Source of the DNA: Candidatus Nanoarchaeia archaeon
GTDB taxonomy: Archaea > Nanobdellota > Nanobdellia > SCGC-AAA011-G17 > JACPNG01
Direction of reading: 5' to 3'
Assembly (NCBI GenBank): GCA_028713535.1
Contig: JAQTOC010000001.1
Coordinates: forward strand, 49,573-113,572
DNA length: 64,000 nt
Below the pieces are notes generated by a model that saw only the letters and a program-made list of their open reading frames with translations, searched no databases and was not told where the DNA came from. Positions 27,303-37,010 of the stretch are shown in pieces. The position numbers and the translations under genes are program-made. How positions within the stretch are numbered: position 1 is the stretch's first letter; every line of letters begins with the position of its first letter.

Positions 27303-28029
27303 TTCTTAGTTTCCTCCAGAGCCTTTTGTTTTATGAGAAATTCCAAGCCATGGCTTCTGTTTGCAAAGATTTTTTGGGAGATTTTTTTATCTAGCCAGTC
27401 CAGAAGATCTTTGTCCAAAGTAACTGTAATCCTCTCTTTCATTAACTACATACTCCGTAATACTTTAGTGTATATTTGGTTATATATGCATATTGGGTAT
27501 GTAGTAGTTTATAAAGGTTTCTGGAGGGATGTATCCTAGAGCAGATCTGGTTCATAATTGAGGAGGTAGAAAGACCCTTTGAAGAATTAAAGAAGTTGAT
27601 TGGGCTTTTTTATCTTAATTCTTAATAGCGTTATCCAAAATAAAAAGGTAAAAAATAGCAATGTTTAAAAATTTGGAAAAGGAATATAATAGATGGAAAC
27701 AAAAGAAGCATTTATTGTAAACTGTAGCAAAGAAAGCAAATCCTCTGATTTCGTATGGTTTGTAAGACACAAAAAAATAAGAGACGGAAAAGCAGTACCA
27801 GTAAATAGAGGTTCATTAGAGCATTATCTTACAGAAAATAGAAAAAAGATAATGTGAACTGTTTTTGGGTATTGTCTAAACTGTTGGCTTAGCTTAGGTG
27901 GTCAAATGCGTGGCTTATGGATGTTGAAAAGATCTGAAGATGGGACGTTTAAAGAAATGAATTTTGATGAGTTTATAAGAAGAATTATTATTCAAAACCT
28001 ATTTAAAACAATAATCTTCTAAGAAACAT
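27303..28029. promoter_or_regulatory. 727-bp divergent intergenic region (promoters of the minus-strand surface super-operon and the plus-strand membrane-protein genes)
   Basis: Largest non-coding gap in window; several A/T-rich TATA-like stretches (e.g. ttatatatgcatatt at ~27480); contains only micro-ORFs. Confidence 0.3.
27693..27857 (+). CDS. possible 54-aa small protein in the divergent intergenic region
   Basis: METKEAFIVNCSKESKSSDFVWFVRHKKIRDGKAVPVNRGSLEHYLTENRKKIM; below ORF-track cutoff. Confidence 0.2.
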   Translation: METKEAFIVNCSKESKSSDFVWFVRHKKIRDGKAVPVNRGSLEHYLTENRKKIM

Positions 28030-29010
28030 ATGAAGAGGTGGATTTTCAGCTTTATTTTTATCTTGTTAATCAGTTCTACAGTTTATGCAGCTACAGATAG
28101 ATTAGTTGTAAGGTTTCATTCAACAGCAGAAAAACAGGACATTGACTTAAAATTATACTTGGGAAAAGCTCCAATGTATTATTACAATGCAACGCAAAAG
28201 AACGTTATTATTACAATTGACCAGGAAGGAATTGCGCATATAACTTCTAGGTCTGGATTTGAGGGTGTAGAAACAATAATATTCTCTACAAATGAAAGCG
28301 CAATATATGAAAAACAACCGCAGAAAGAGGATTATACTTTTCTTGAAAATTTAACTGAGACAATGATTGAAAAATATCCTACATTGATAACTGACAGGGA
28401 AATCCAGGAATCTTTAGGAGAATCTTTAGTTGACGAAATTCTTCTGAAAAGCATAAAAAAAGCTGACCTGGAAAAAGTCACGTCTGAAGTAAAAGAAGAA
28501 GAGTTAATGGTAAATGTAAATGATGAAGCATTAGTTTTGGTTTCTTTTGAAAACCAGACCAAGCCAAAACTTACTATAGTATTATTTGATGAAGATGCAA
28601 AAGTTGATGAAAATGCATTGAAGCCAGATTACAAGTCTTACATCTTAGGAGGCTTAATTATTATATTTGTTGGGTTTTTAATGCTATACAGAGACAGAAT
28701 ACTGACTTATTTCAAAAAGACAAGATACAACCTAGTAACAAAGAAAAAAACACTAAATCAAAAATTAAATCAAGCAAGCACAGGAAGAGAGATAAAAGAC
28801 GTTATGGAAGATATGTTCAAAGAGAAATTTGGACTGACAAGGTATTCAACTCCTTATGAGACTGAACTAACACTTAATAAGTATAAAATAAAAGGAAACT
28901 TGAAGCAGGAAATTCTTTTTCTATACAGGAAGTTCAATGAAGAACATCTTTCAAAATATGAGGTCGAACTCATCAAGAAATATCTCAAGAGATTAAACAA
29001 AAAGCTTTAA
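28030..29010 (+). CDS. membrane protein: signal peptide, ~190-aa ectodomain, one TM, basic cytoplasmic tail
   Basis: MKRWIFSFIFILLISSTVYA; TM ILGGLIIIFVGFLMLY; Lys-rich tail. Confidence 0.55.
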   Translation: MKRWIFSFIFILLISSTVYAATDRLVVRFHSTAEKQDIDLKLYLGKAPMYYYNATQKNVIITIDQEGIAHITSRSGFEGVETIIFSTNESAIYEKQPQKEDYTFLENLTETMIEKYPTLITDREIQESLGESLVDEILLKSIKKADLEKVTSEVKEEELMVNVNDEALVLVSFENQTKPKLTIVLFDEDAKVDENALKPDYKSYILGGLIIIFVGFLMLYRDRILTYFKKTRYNLVTKKKTLNQKLNQASTGREIKDVMEDMFKEKFGLTRYSTPYETELTLNKYKIKGNLKQEILFLYRKFNEEHLSKYEVELIKKYLKRLNKKL

Positions 29011-29034
29011 TATTAAAGTTATTGTTCTTTATTC

Positions 29035-31281
29035 ATGAGAAAGGGGTTTTGGATTGTCTTTTTATTGTCTATTGAATTAGTAAGCGCGCAGGAAGTCATG
29101 ATTGGAGGAAAAAGCTATTCATTATTATTTATTTCTCCTTTGATTGTTGTTGGATTAATCATATTATTTTTCCTGTTTTCATTTCTATTAAAGAGAATTT
29201 CAAAAGTAAAACTCCCAAGCTTAAAACTAAAAGAAAAGCACATTAGCTTATTCAGCAAGAAAGAGGAAAAACTTGGATTAGGAACTGTATTTGACATAAA
29301 CAAGGAACTTGAGGAGTTTGAGAAAAGAGCAAAGAAACTTGAGACAAAAGAAGCGTTTAACGAGCTTATTGGATTGTTAAAGGATTATCTTTCATATAAA
29401 TTAGGAATGAGCAAGCAGTTTACATTTGAGGAGATAGAGCCAATTCTTGAGAAAAAAGCAAAGAAGTTTGTTCCTTTATCAAAAGAAATTGTGCATTTGA
29501 GGTACAGCGGGAAAGAAATAAACAGGGAAGAGGTAAACAAACTAATTGATTCTTTTAGCAGACTGGCAAGATCTGAAAAAGCTGAGAAACCAAAAGAAGA
29601 GAAAGAAAGAAGAATAACATTATTTGACAAGATTGACATTAAGAATGTCGGCTTAAAAAATTTAAGAGTTTCTTTTAATAATTTATTCAAAAGAACAAAG
29701 GAAAAACAAAGGCCTGTTGTTCTTGGGTTTAAGGTTAAGGATCTTAATATTGAGGTCACAAGAAAACACAGCAAGTTTAATCCTGTTAATGTTTATTATG
29801 AATTAAAAGATTATCTTGAGAAAAGAAAGAATGAAAGCAACAGGGATTTAGTAGAGAGACTTATTAGAAGAGGAAGAAGAACTGTAAAAAGAGACTGGAT
29901 GGATGCAAGCAGGATTTACAACAAGGCATTAGGGATTTATTACAAGATTCCGGTTTCTGATGAAGAGAAAGTTGCTGGTTCTTTAATTGATTTATATGGG
30001 GAAGTGGAAAGGGCAAAGCTTGATGAAGAAAGCAAGCACATGGCAGAGATCACAGAGAAAATACAGGGAATACTTGAGAAGCAGGGAATTGTAAAAGAAG
30101 AGCCTGAGGTTGAAATTGTCAAGCACAGCCATGAAAGCGTCAAACACGTAAGAAAATCTGTTTTGGAATGGAGAAACAACTTAAGCAAGAGAGTTGAGGA
30201 CTTAAAGGGAGCTGTTAAAACAAAGTTCAAGGACATAGAAAACGATGTGGAAAAGGATATTCATTTATTGTTTATTAAGCCAAAGACTGAAAACAAACCA
30301 CTGAGCCATGAAAAACTCAAGAACAATCTAAGGACTTTAAAAGTTGATATACCTAAACAACATAGAGATAAATTATTTACTTTTGAATTACCTCAGAAAG
30401 AAATCTCAAGGATATCCAATGATATAACCAAGAAGAAAATACACGCTGCAAAAGGAAAGGAGTTTAGTTTACCAATATTGAAGGCTGAAAATCCGGTTTT
30501 GATTAAACTGCAAGAATTTGGAGATCACATACATGCAATTGAAAGAGAAGGTTTGGTTGAATTAAAATTAAGAGAGAGAGAACTTGCCAAAGGATTAAGG
30601 GCAATTTTGCATTTCCATAAAAGAAGGCATGACGAGCATGAACTGCCTATTGAAAGATTTGTTTTGGGAAAAGAATTACAGCCTGTTTATGATTCATTGC
30701 CTTTGGTAGAAGAAAACAAGGAAAAAGTTAATTCCTTACTGATGCAGAAAGAGAAATTACTTAACAAATATAAAAGAGCACAGATTGAGGCAAAGAAAAA
30801 ATACATTGAGCATTTGCTTGGCAGGATTGATGACTATGAAAGAAGAAGGATTGATGTCATAAGACAGGAAATAAAGAAGCCTGTTGTCAAGATAAGAAGC
30901 AAGAATGTGGATGAGCTCAGGAAACAGGAACAGGACATTATGGACAGGCTTGTTGGCTTTGAGAAGAAAAAGATGGAAGACATAAAAGGGAACATAAAAG
31001 AATCAATAAGAGAATTTGAGAAAGAAGAACACAGGATTGGAAAGCCTGAATGGAAAGTTGAGGCTGAGAGAGCAAGGAGCAGAGTTTCAAGAAATGTCAA
31101 TGCATTAAGCAAACAGGAAAAAGAGTTATTCAACAAGCTGACTAATGTGCAGAAAGATGTAAAACTGGTTGAGCCTGCATGGAAAACAAAACTGAATAAT
31201 GAAAAGAAAAAAACAACAAAAGATATTGAGAAATTAAGCAAGGAACAGGCAAAACTGTTCAAGAAAATTGATGGACTTTAA
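29035..31281 (+). CDS. membrane-anchored 748-aa Lys/Glu-rich coiled-coil protein
   Basis: Signal + TM (LLFISPLIVVGLIILFFLFSFLL) followed by ~690 aa of charged heptad-like sequence. Confidence 0.6.
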   Translation: MRKGFWIVFLLSIELVSAQEVMIGGKSYSLLFISPLIVVGLIILFFLFSFLLKRISKVKLPSLKLKEKHISLFSKKEEKLGLGTVFDINKELEEFEKRAKKLETKEAFNELIGLLKDYLSYKLGMSKQFTFEEIEPILEKKAKKFVPLSKEIVHLRYSGKEINREEVNKLIDSFSRLARSEKAEKPKEEKERRITLFDKIDIKNVGLKNLRVSFNNLFKRTKEKQRPVVLGFKVKDLNIEVTRKHSKFNPVNVYYELKDYLEKRKNESNRDLVERLIRRGRRTVKRDWMDASRIYNKALGIYYKIPVSDEEKVAGSLIDLYGEVERAKLDEESKHMAEITEKIQGILEKQGIVKEEPEVEIVKHSHESVKHVRKSVLEWRNNLSKRVEDLKGAVKTKFKDIENDVEKDIHLLFIKPKTENKPLSHEKLKNNLRTLKVDIPKQHRDKLFTFELPQKEISRISNDITKKKIHAAKGKEFSLPILKAENPVLIKLQEFGDHIHAIEREGLVELKLRERELAKGLRAILHFHKRRHDEHELPIERFVLGKELQPVYDSLPLVEENKEKVNSLLMQKEKLLNKYKRAQIEAKKKYIEHLLGRIDDYERRRIDVIRQEIKKPVVKIRSKNVDELRKQEQDIMDRLVGFEKKKMEDIKGNIKESIREFEKEEHRIGKPEWKVEAERARSRVSRNVNALSKQEKELFNKLTNVQKDVKLVEPAWKTKLNNEKKKTTKDIEKLSKEQAKLFKKIDGL

Positions 31282-32561
31282 TTTTTTCTCATTTTCATAA
31301 ATACATAATTCACAGGATTTTTTAATTTTTTACACAAAGGATCATCGCAATTAATACCTAGATCCTTGTAATAAGCTTCATTATCGCAGTTTGGAGGCAG
31401 TATATTTTCTTTTGTTTTTCTGTGCCAGGAAATCTGGCTGAGAATATAACCTGTCCTTAATGGCTCGTAGTTATTATTGTTCCATTCTAATAATCTTTTT
31501 TCTATTTCATCAAGAGACCAGCCCATCTGCTTCAGGAAGTTAATCAAAACGAAAACAGCTCTTTTCCTTCCGTCTTTTTCAATTCCTTTCAATATCTGCT
31601 TGATGCATGGAGGAAAATAATCTTCCTTTATTGCAACTTTTGGAATTTCAAAATCTCTTTTTATCTGGATGTTTTCCTTGGATGTTAAAATCTCTTTCAT
31701 GTATTCCTTGTTTGACCTTACTTTGAAATCCATTGCCTGGATTATCAAGGACTTTGCTTCATCAGGCTCAAAAGATTTAAGGAATTCTATTTCAGGCTCA
31801 ATATTTTTCATCTGCGCATTGTTTATGTTAAAACTTCTTGGATCTTTTACAGGGATACTTATTAGGTTAGTTTTTTCATTTATAGAATATGCAGACCTGT
31901 ACAAATGCCTTGGAGATATTAAAATAGAATCTATTCCAATGACTGAGAAAGGATCAAACACATTGTTTCTTATTAAATCCTTTTCCTCTTTCTTTGTGCT
32001 TTTTTTTATTTCATCAATCGTATTTAAACTTAATATTGATTCTGACAATGGCTTTCTTATCATTTCTTTTAGATATTCTGAAATTGCCCTTATTCCATCT
32101 GGGAATAAACATTTTGTTTCTTTTTCATCCACCTTTCTTGGGAATGAGTTTGAGGAAATTCCAATATGAAAGCCAGAACCGCCTGAAAACTTGGAGTAAA
32201 CATGGTTAACATCATGAAATTTTATTGCTTCTATCAACAAAGACGCACAGACTTTGGAATATTCAATGAATTTTGTGTCCACATCAAGGATGCAGTCCCA
32301 GCCAATCCTTAAATCATTTAATTGCTGGGGGGTCATGCTTGGCTTTAACTGCATTGGGTCTGACCAGGTCTCTTCTGAAATATGAAAAGAAGTAACTCCC
32401 TGCTTTGCGAGTTCAAGAACATCTGATTCGTACATTAAAATATCTGGGCGCTTGCCAAATCCTTTATTGTAGAACTGAACGCCAACTTCCTTGTTCTTTG
32501 CCTGGGAAACTATATTATTCTGAATTTCCCTTCTTGAATAATACTTTAGGATTGGATCCAT
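31278..32561 (-). CDS. priS: DNA primase, fused catalytic small subunit (PriS) + PriL C-terminal Fe-S-domain-like module
   Basis: PriS motifs ILDVD and SGGSGFHIGI; C-terminal PPCIKQIL (PriL PPC motif) plus Cys pair NCDNEAYYKDLGINCDDPLC. Confidence 0.75.
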   Translation of the reverse strand: MDPILKYYSRREIQNNIVSQAKNKEVGVQFYNKGFGKRPDILMYESDVLELAKQGVTSFHISEETWSDPMQLKPSMTPQQLNDLRIGWDCILDVDTKFIEYSKVCASLLIEAIKFHDVNHVYSKFSGGSGFHIGISSNSFPRKVDEKETKCLFPDGIRAISEYLKEMIRKPLSESILSLNTIDEIKKSTKKEEKDLIRNNVFDPFSVIGIDSILISPRHLYRSAYSINEKTNLISIPVKDPRSFNINNAQMKNIEPEIEFLKSFEPDEAKSLIIQAMDFKVRSNKEYMKEILTSKENIQIKRDFEIPKVAIKEDYFPPCIKQILKGIEKDGRKRAVFVLINFLKQMGWSLDEIEKRLLEWNNNNYEPLRTGYILSQISWHRKTKENILPPNCDNEAYYKDLGINCDDPLCKKLKNPVNYVFMKMRKN

Positions 32562-32613
32562 AAAGTTAACTAAGTGCGTTGTTTTATAATAATTTAGGTT
32601 TTTTAGGATAGAA

Positions 32614-32982
32614 TTATTCTTCGAGTTTTCTTAGTTCAATCAAACCATGGTTTATTTCTTCTTTTATCTGCTCTGCCACTTCCCTTGTTTCGTGAATCTG
32701 CTTTTCAACAAGATTTTTGGCGTCTTCTATACTCTTTTTTACCATGACATTTGAGCCAACATTGAGAATTACTTTTTCTGTGTTTTTTATTGCGCCTTCA
32801 ATAAAGACGCCTGCGCCGACAGGGATCAAACCATCTGATGCTTTTGAATGCTTTAATGATTCAAGGGATTCACTCAGAACAGAAAGCTCCATGAACTGCT
32901 CCTCTATCAACTGGAGCTGCTCCTGCAGCTGCTGAATCTGGTAGGAAATTGTTTGCAGTTCGAGTAAACGTTCCTCGTTCAT
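32614..32982 (-). CDS. pfdA: prefoldin alpha subunit
   Basis: Coiled coil, two beta-hairpins (LIPVGAGVFIEGAI / KVILNVGSNVMV), coiled coil. Confidence 0.7.
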   Translation of the reverse strand: MNEERLLELQTISYQIQQLQEQLQLIEEQFMELSVLSESLESLKHSKASDGLIPVGAGVFIEGAIKNTEKVILNVGSNVMVKKSIEDAKNLVEKQIHETREVAEQIKEEINHGLIELRKLEE

Positions 32983-33278
32983 TTTTTAGCCTTTGGCTTT
33001 TTCTCAGACTTAGCCTCTTTTTTGGATTTTCTTTTAACTACCCGTTCTTTTATTTTTATTCCTTCTGTTAAAAGAGCTTTCTTTATGTCTGAAGTTGATG
33101 CACCTTTTTTCAGGTTAAGCTTTTTGTTAAGTGGTTCAAGGTGTTTTACATTGCATTTTCTTCTTCTGACATATCCGTCAATCAGCACATTATTTTCATC
33201 TATTACATCTGCAACAACACAGTAATTTCCTGAGTCTCTTCCTGCAATCTTTACGCAAAGTCTTCCTATTTCAAACAT
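32979..33278 (-). CDS. rpl14e: ribosomal protein eL14
   Basis: KOW motif GRLCVKIAGRDSGNYCVV; basic C-terminal tail. Confidence 0.85.
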   Translation of the reverse strand: MFEIGRLCVKIAGRDSGNYCVVADVIDENNVLIDGYVRRRKCNVKHLEPLNKKLNLKKGASTSDIKKALLTEGIKIKERVVKRKSKKEAKSEKKPKAKK

Positions 33279-33514
33279 TTTCTTACCTCATCCTTTATTT
33301 TTTGCCTGGAACATCTTGAGCACAAAACTCCGCCGTATTTTCTTTCAGGCCTTTTCTTTGTTCTTGCTATTGTTCCCTGCCTATAGGTTTTAACATTAAT
33401 TGTTCCTTTTAATATCTGTCCGCAATTGCCACAGCATGGCTGTCTTGGCTTTCCTCTTTCTATCTTAACTTTTGTTCCTTTTGCAGTCCTGATCTTTAAT
33501 TTTCTTTTTTTCAT
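33266..33514 (-). CDS. rpl34e: ribosomal protein eL34 (Zn ribbon)
   Basis: CCGNCGQ...CSRCSRQ, RKYGGVLCSRC; internal ATG at 33514 chosen to avoid 67-nt overlap with upstream gene. Confidence 0.7.
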   Translation of the reverse strand: MKKRKLKIRTAKGTKVKIERGKPRQPCCGNCGQILKGTINVKTYRQGTIARTKKRPERKYGGVLCSRCSRQKIKDEVRKCLK

Positions 33515-33516
33515 TT

Positions 33517-33957
33517 TTATGCTAACCTCATCACTTTCTTTAGTATTATGCTGAATATCATGGAAAATATTATGTATATCCATAACCAGCTTGTGATGCC
33601 TATGAACCTTATTGGTGTTGTTTCATAGACACTTGTCAACCACCCGAACAGGATTATTACGGGTATCAATGTAAACAGCATCGGCTTGAAGCTCTGCATC
33701 ATGTACTTCATGTTTACATCCATTGCCTGTTTCTGTATCTCCATTAGTTTTTGCGGGTCATTTTTAAACTTTTTCATTTCAAGCTGATACTCTTTTGTCT
33801 TTACTTTGAGCTCTTTCATCAGCGTTTGATTTGTGGTAAACTTGTAAATCAAGGTTACTATGAATGTTAACACGAGGCATATTACAATTAGGCCTCCTAA
33901 TGGGTCCCATTGAATCAGTTTTCCGAATATTGCATTGAAAAAACTGTCAAACATCAC
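33517..33957 (-). CDS. Oxa1/EMC3-like DUF106 membrane protein (archaeal YidC-superfamily member)
   Basis: TM1, coiled-coil, TM2, TM3 topology; conserved position immediately downstream of secY. Confidence 0.6.
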   Translation of the reverse strand: MMFDSFFNAIFGKLIQWDPLGGLIVICLVLTFIVTLIYKFTTNQTLMKELKVKTKEYQLEMKKFKNDPQKLMEIQKQAMDVNMKYMMQSFKPMLFTLIPVIILFGWLTSVYETTPIRFIGITSWLWIYIIFSMIFSIILKKVMRLA

Positions 33958-35369
33958 TTACCACCCATTATCTTTCTTATTGCTGGATTCATGTCCATCA
34001 TGTGCTGTTTTGCTATGTCTTCATAAATCCTGTATATAATCATAACTGTAAGCAATATTCCTGTTCCCCTGCTTAATGCTCCCAACAGGTCTGCTGATGC
34101 TGCAAGGAAACCAACCGCTGCACCACCCATTATTGTCAATGGGAAAGTGTATCTTTTTAAGATTTGTTCTATTACTCTTGGATCCCTTCTAAAACCAGGA
34201 ATCTGCAAGCCTGAGTTCATTATCTGGTCTGCCTGGCTTCTTGCATCCATTCCCGAGGTCTGCACCCAGAATACTGAAAATAAGATTGAACCACCAATCA
34301 TAAATAAAATATATGTTCCTGCGTGAGCAAGCAAACTAAAGTTAAATGCGCCTGTGTTAAATGCATCAAACATTCCTTGGACCAAGTTTGGAGAATCTAG
34401 CCATGCAACTATACCAGTTATGGGCTGGTTTCCTGAAAATGTACCTAGGATTGGATGGCCTGCCCTTTCCAATAATCCTGCCCAAAGCTGCAGGTTGGCA
34501 ATTAATGCTGCAACTAAAATAACCGGGATATTTGATGTGTACATGAAATGCAATGGCCATCTTATACCATGGCCTCTTACTCTACCAAATGACAATGGGA
34601 TTTCTACTTTCATTGCCTGGGCAAATACTGAAATAACAAATATGATTATTGTTGCGATTATTGCGCTTAATGCAAGCCCTGCACCAGCTGGGTTTCCTGC
34701 TATCAATGAATTAATGAGGACCCATACTTGGCCGACTGGTGGCTGGCCTGAACCAAAGGCCCAGATTCCTGCAGATGTCAATGGAGAGAATGCCCTTATG
34801 AATATCTGAGCTGCCACTCCTGCTGCAATAAACAAGCTGATACCTGATGCAATTCCCCATTTCTGGACTAGGTCGTCCATCAATAAAACAAGGATACCAC
34901 CGATGCATAACTGAGCAATAAGGAGTATCTGCATTAATGTGTATTGTGAAGGCGCCAAAGCTGCGTTTGGAGCTAAACCTCCCATCAATACGTAAATTGC
35001 TGCTTCAAATAAAATAAATGCCAATGAAAATAATTTTTGTATTCCGTGGAATCTTGCTCTTCCTTCTTTTGTTGATGTGTCAAACTTCCATATGCCTGAC
35101 CCATTTAACAACTGAATTACGATTGAGGCTGTAACTATTGGCCCAATACCTAATGATAATATTGAACCAAAACTTGCTCCAAGTATTATTGAAAGCTGCT
35201 CAAACTGTTTTAATTGGTTTGCGCCAAGACCAAACAAAGGTATTGCTGAAAGCACGAAGAATGCGACCAAAACAATTATAGTCCATTTTATTTTTGCCTT
35301 AAAATCCAGCCTTCCCTCTGGTTTTTTTACTTCAGGGAAGATTGATAATGCTGTATCTATGAATGACAT
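33954..35369 (-). CDS. secY: preprotein translocase subunit SecY
   Basis: 10-TM, 471 aa, position after uL15. Confidence 0.95.
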   Translation of the reverse strand: MSFIDTALSIFPEVKKPEGRLDFKAKIKWTIIVLVAFFVLSAIPLFGLGANQLKQFEQLSIILGASFGSILSLGIGPIVTASIVIQLLNGSGIWKFDTSTKEGRARFHGIQKLFSLAFILFEAAIYVLMGGLAPNAALAPSQYTLMQILLIAQLCIGGILVLLMDDLVQKWGIASGISLFIAAGVAAQIFIRAFSPLTSAGIWAFGSGQPPVGQVWVLINSLIAGNPAGAGLALSAIIATIIIFVISVFAQAMKVEIPLSFGRVRGHGIRWPLHFMYTSNIPVILVAALIANLQLWAGLLERAGHPILGTFSGNQPITGIVAWLDSPNLVQGMFDAFNTGAFNFSLLAHAGTYILFMIGGSILFSVFWVQTSGMDARSQADQIMNSGLQIPGFRRDPRVIEQILKRYTFPLTIMGGAAVGFLAASADLLGALSRGTGILLTVMIIYRIYEDIAKQHMMDMNPAIRKIMGGK

Positions 35370-35370
35370 A

Positions 35371-35802
35371 TTACTCTGTTTCTTCTATTTTTGAGGTTTT
35401 GACCTTTCCACCTTTTTCTTCTACTTTTGCTATCGCTTTTTTCGATGCTGAGTCTACAGTTATGCTTACTTTTTTTAATATATATCCTTTTCCAAGCAAT
35501 TTATCATAACCAAGTTCTGTCAAGTTAATATCTGTCTTGTTTGTTTTCTCAATTAGTTTCTGCACGTCACTTAGATTAATAAATTTAATATCTACATGAG
35601 TATGTGTTTTAAACCCAAACCTACCAAAGTAAGTGTTTCCGTATAATTTCAGGATTGTTGGTTTTTTCTGGTCTGCTCTTTTTCCAGTTCCAGCCATACC
35701 TCTTCCACCTCGGTTACCTGCACCTCTCCATTTCTTGGCAGCCCCGTGGAAGTGGGTTCTTTTACCATAACTTTTCCTGTGCTTCTTTCTTCTGTTTATC
35801 AT
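35371..35802 (-). CDS. rpl15: ribosomal protein uL15
   Basis: Gly/Arg/Lys-rich N-terminus RGAGNRGGRGMAGTGKR; operon position. Confidence 0.9.
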   Translation of the reverse strand: MINRRKKHRKSYGKRTHFHGAAKKWRGAGNRGGRGMAGTGKRADQKKPTILKLYGNTYFGRFGFKTHTHVDIKFINLSDVQKLIEKTNKTDINLTELGYDKLLGKGYILKKVSITVDSASKKAIAKVEEKGGKVKTSKIEETE

Positions 35803-35803
35803 A

Positions 35804-36277
35804 TTACAGCATCCTCATTATAAGATCATTTATCTTTTCTTTTCTGTAACCAAGAGCTCCGCCCTGAACAAAAGTTCTTTTAATGCTCTTGTTGTCAAAT
35901 CCGTGCCTTGGCGGATTTAACCTGAAAAATAATTTTAATCCTGGAATGTCCCTTAGTTCTTTCTTGAAGTCCATAAACATTTTTGTGAATTCTTCTGCAC
36001 TCATTTTTGTTTTGCCTTTGATATAATTTTCATCTATCGGTTTGTTTCCTGCTAGTCTTCCTCTCTTGATTAACAACTCTTTCATTGTTTTATCATCAAT
36101 TTCCCCCCAGGTGGTGTAATCTTTTATTGTATTAATCATTCCGACCAGTTCAGGACTGTTTTTTATTATTATGCAGGTGTTTGTTTTGTACAAACGAAGC
36201 ATCTTCATGGTGTCACCTATTTCTTTCCTTGCCTTGATTGTTCCTCTTAACCTGATAACTGCAATTCTCCTATTCAT
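35804..36277 (-). CDS. rpl30: ribosomal protein uL30
   Basis: operon position, size 157 aa, VIRLRGT motif. Confidence 0.85.
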   Translation of the reverse strand: MNRRIAVIRLRGTIKARKEIGDTMKMLRLYKTNTCIIIKNSPELVGMINTIKDYTTWGEIDDKTMKELLIKRGRLAGNKPIDENYIKGKTKMSAEEFTKMFMDFKKELRDIPGLKLFFRLNPPRHGFDNKSIKRTFVQGGALGYRKEKINDLIMRML

Positions 36278-37010
36278 TTCTACCTTCCTTGATGCTTAAC
36301 CTTTTTTCAAATTCAGGCATTACCTTTGTTGAGCTTAATTTTTTAAGTGCTTCCATCAAAGCATAAATCAAGTTTATCTTTGTCCTTGTCTGCCCTTTTG
36401 TTTTTGAACGTATATCTTTTATTCCTGCAAATCTCAGGACTTTCTGGCATTCTCTTTCTACCTTCAAATCTGTTCCTTTTGGCGCAGGCATTAAGACAAT
36501 TTTTGCACTGCCCCATCTTCCCTCGACTTTAAATGGAATTGAATGTGGATCCAGGGATTTACCTTCCCATGAACCACTTCCCCTTTTGATCTTGATAATA
36601 TTCAATTTGGCCTGCCTCATTGCTTTTTCCCTTGCAGGTACTGTCTCTTTTGATTTTCCCCTTCCAACTCCGACATAACCATCATGATTTCCGACGACAG
36701 CCAGTGCTGAGAACTTTGGCTTGTTACCTTCTTTTGTTTTTTTCTGGGTTTGCCTCCATATGGACCTTTTTCCCCCCCCGAACTTACCCTTGGATTGTCC
36801 AAAGAATATTAAGTCTGACTCGAGATTTGGAAGAAGAGTGTCAACTATTTCAGGCTCTCTTATCTTGATCCCCTTGTCGAGTATCTCATCTATGTCAATT
36901 ATTTTCTTGTCTTTTACCAACTTGCCCAGCTTTGTTGTTGGATTCCATCCTTCTAAAGGATCTTTCTTTTCCCTTGGTTCTCTTTGTTTTATTGTTTCGT
37001 CTCTCATCAT
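36270..37010 (-). CDS. rps5: ribosomal protein uS5
   Basis: FSALAVVGNHDGYVGVGRGKSKE. Confidence 0.9.
   Translation of the reverse strand: MMRDETIKQREPREKKDPLEGWNPTTKLGKLVKDKKIIDIDEILDKGIKIREPEIVDTLLPNLESDLIFFGQSKGKFGGGKRSIWRQTQKKTKEGNKPKFSALAVVGNHDGYVGVGRGKSKETVPAREKAMRQAKLNIIKIKRGSGSWEGKSLDPHSIPFKVEGRWGSAKIVLMPAPKGTDLKVERECQKVLRFAGIKDIRSKTKGQTRTKINLIYALMEALKKLSSTKVMPEFEKRLSIKEGRNE

Noticed and set aside
27333-27539. 68-aa ORF in the divergent intergenic region
   Set aside because: Low-complexity, no start context, and it overlaps the likely promoter region of the surface operon. Probably spurious.
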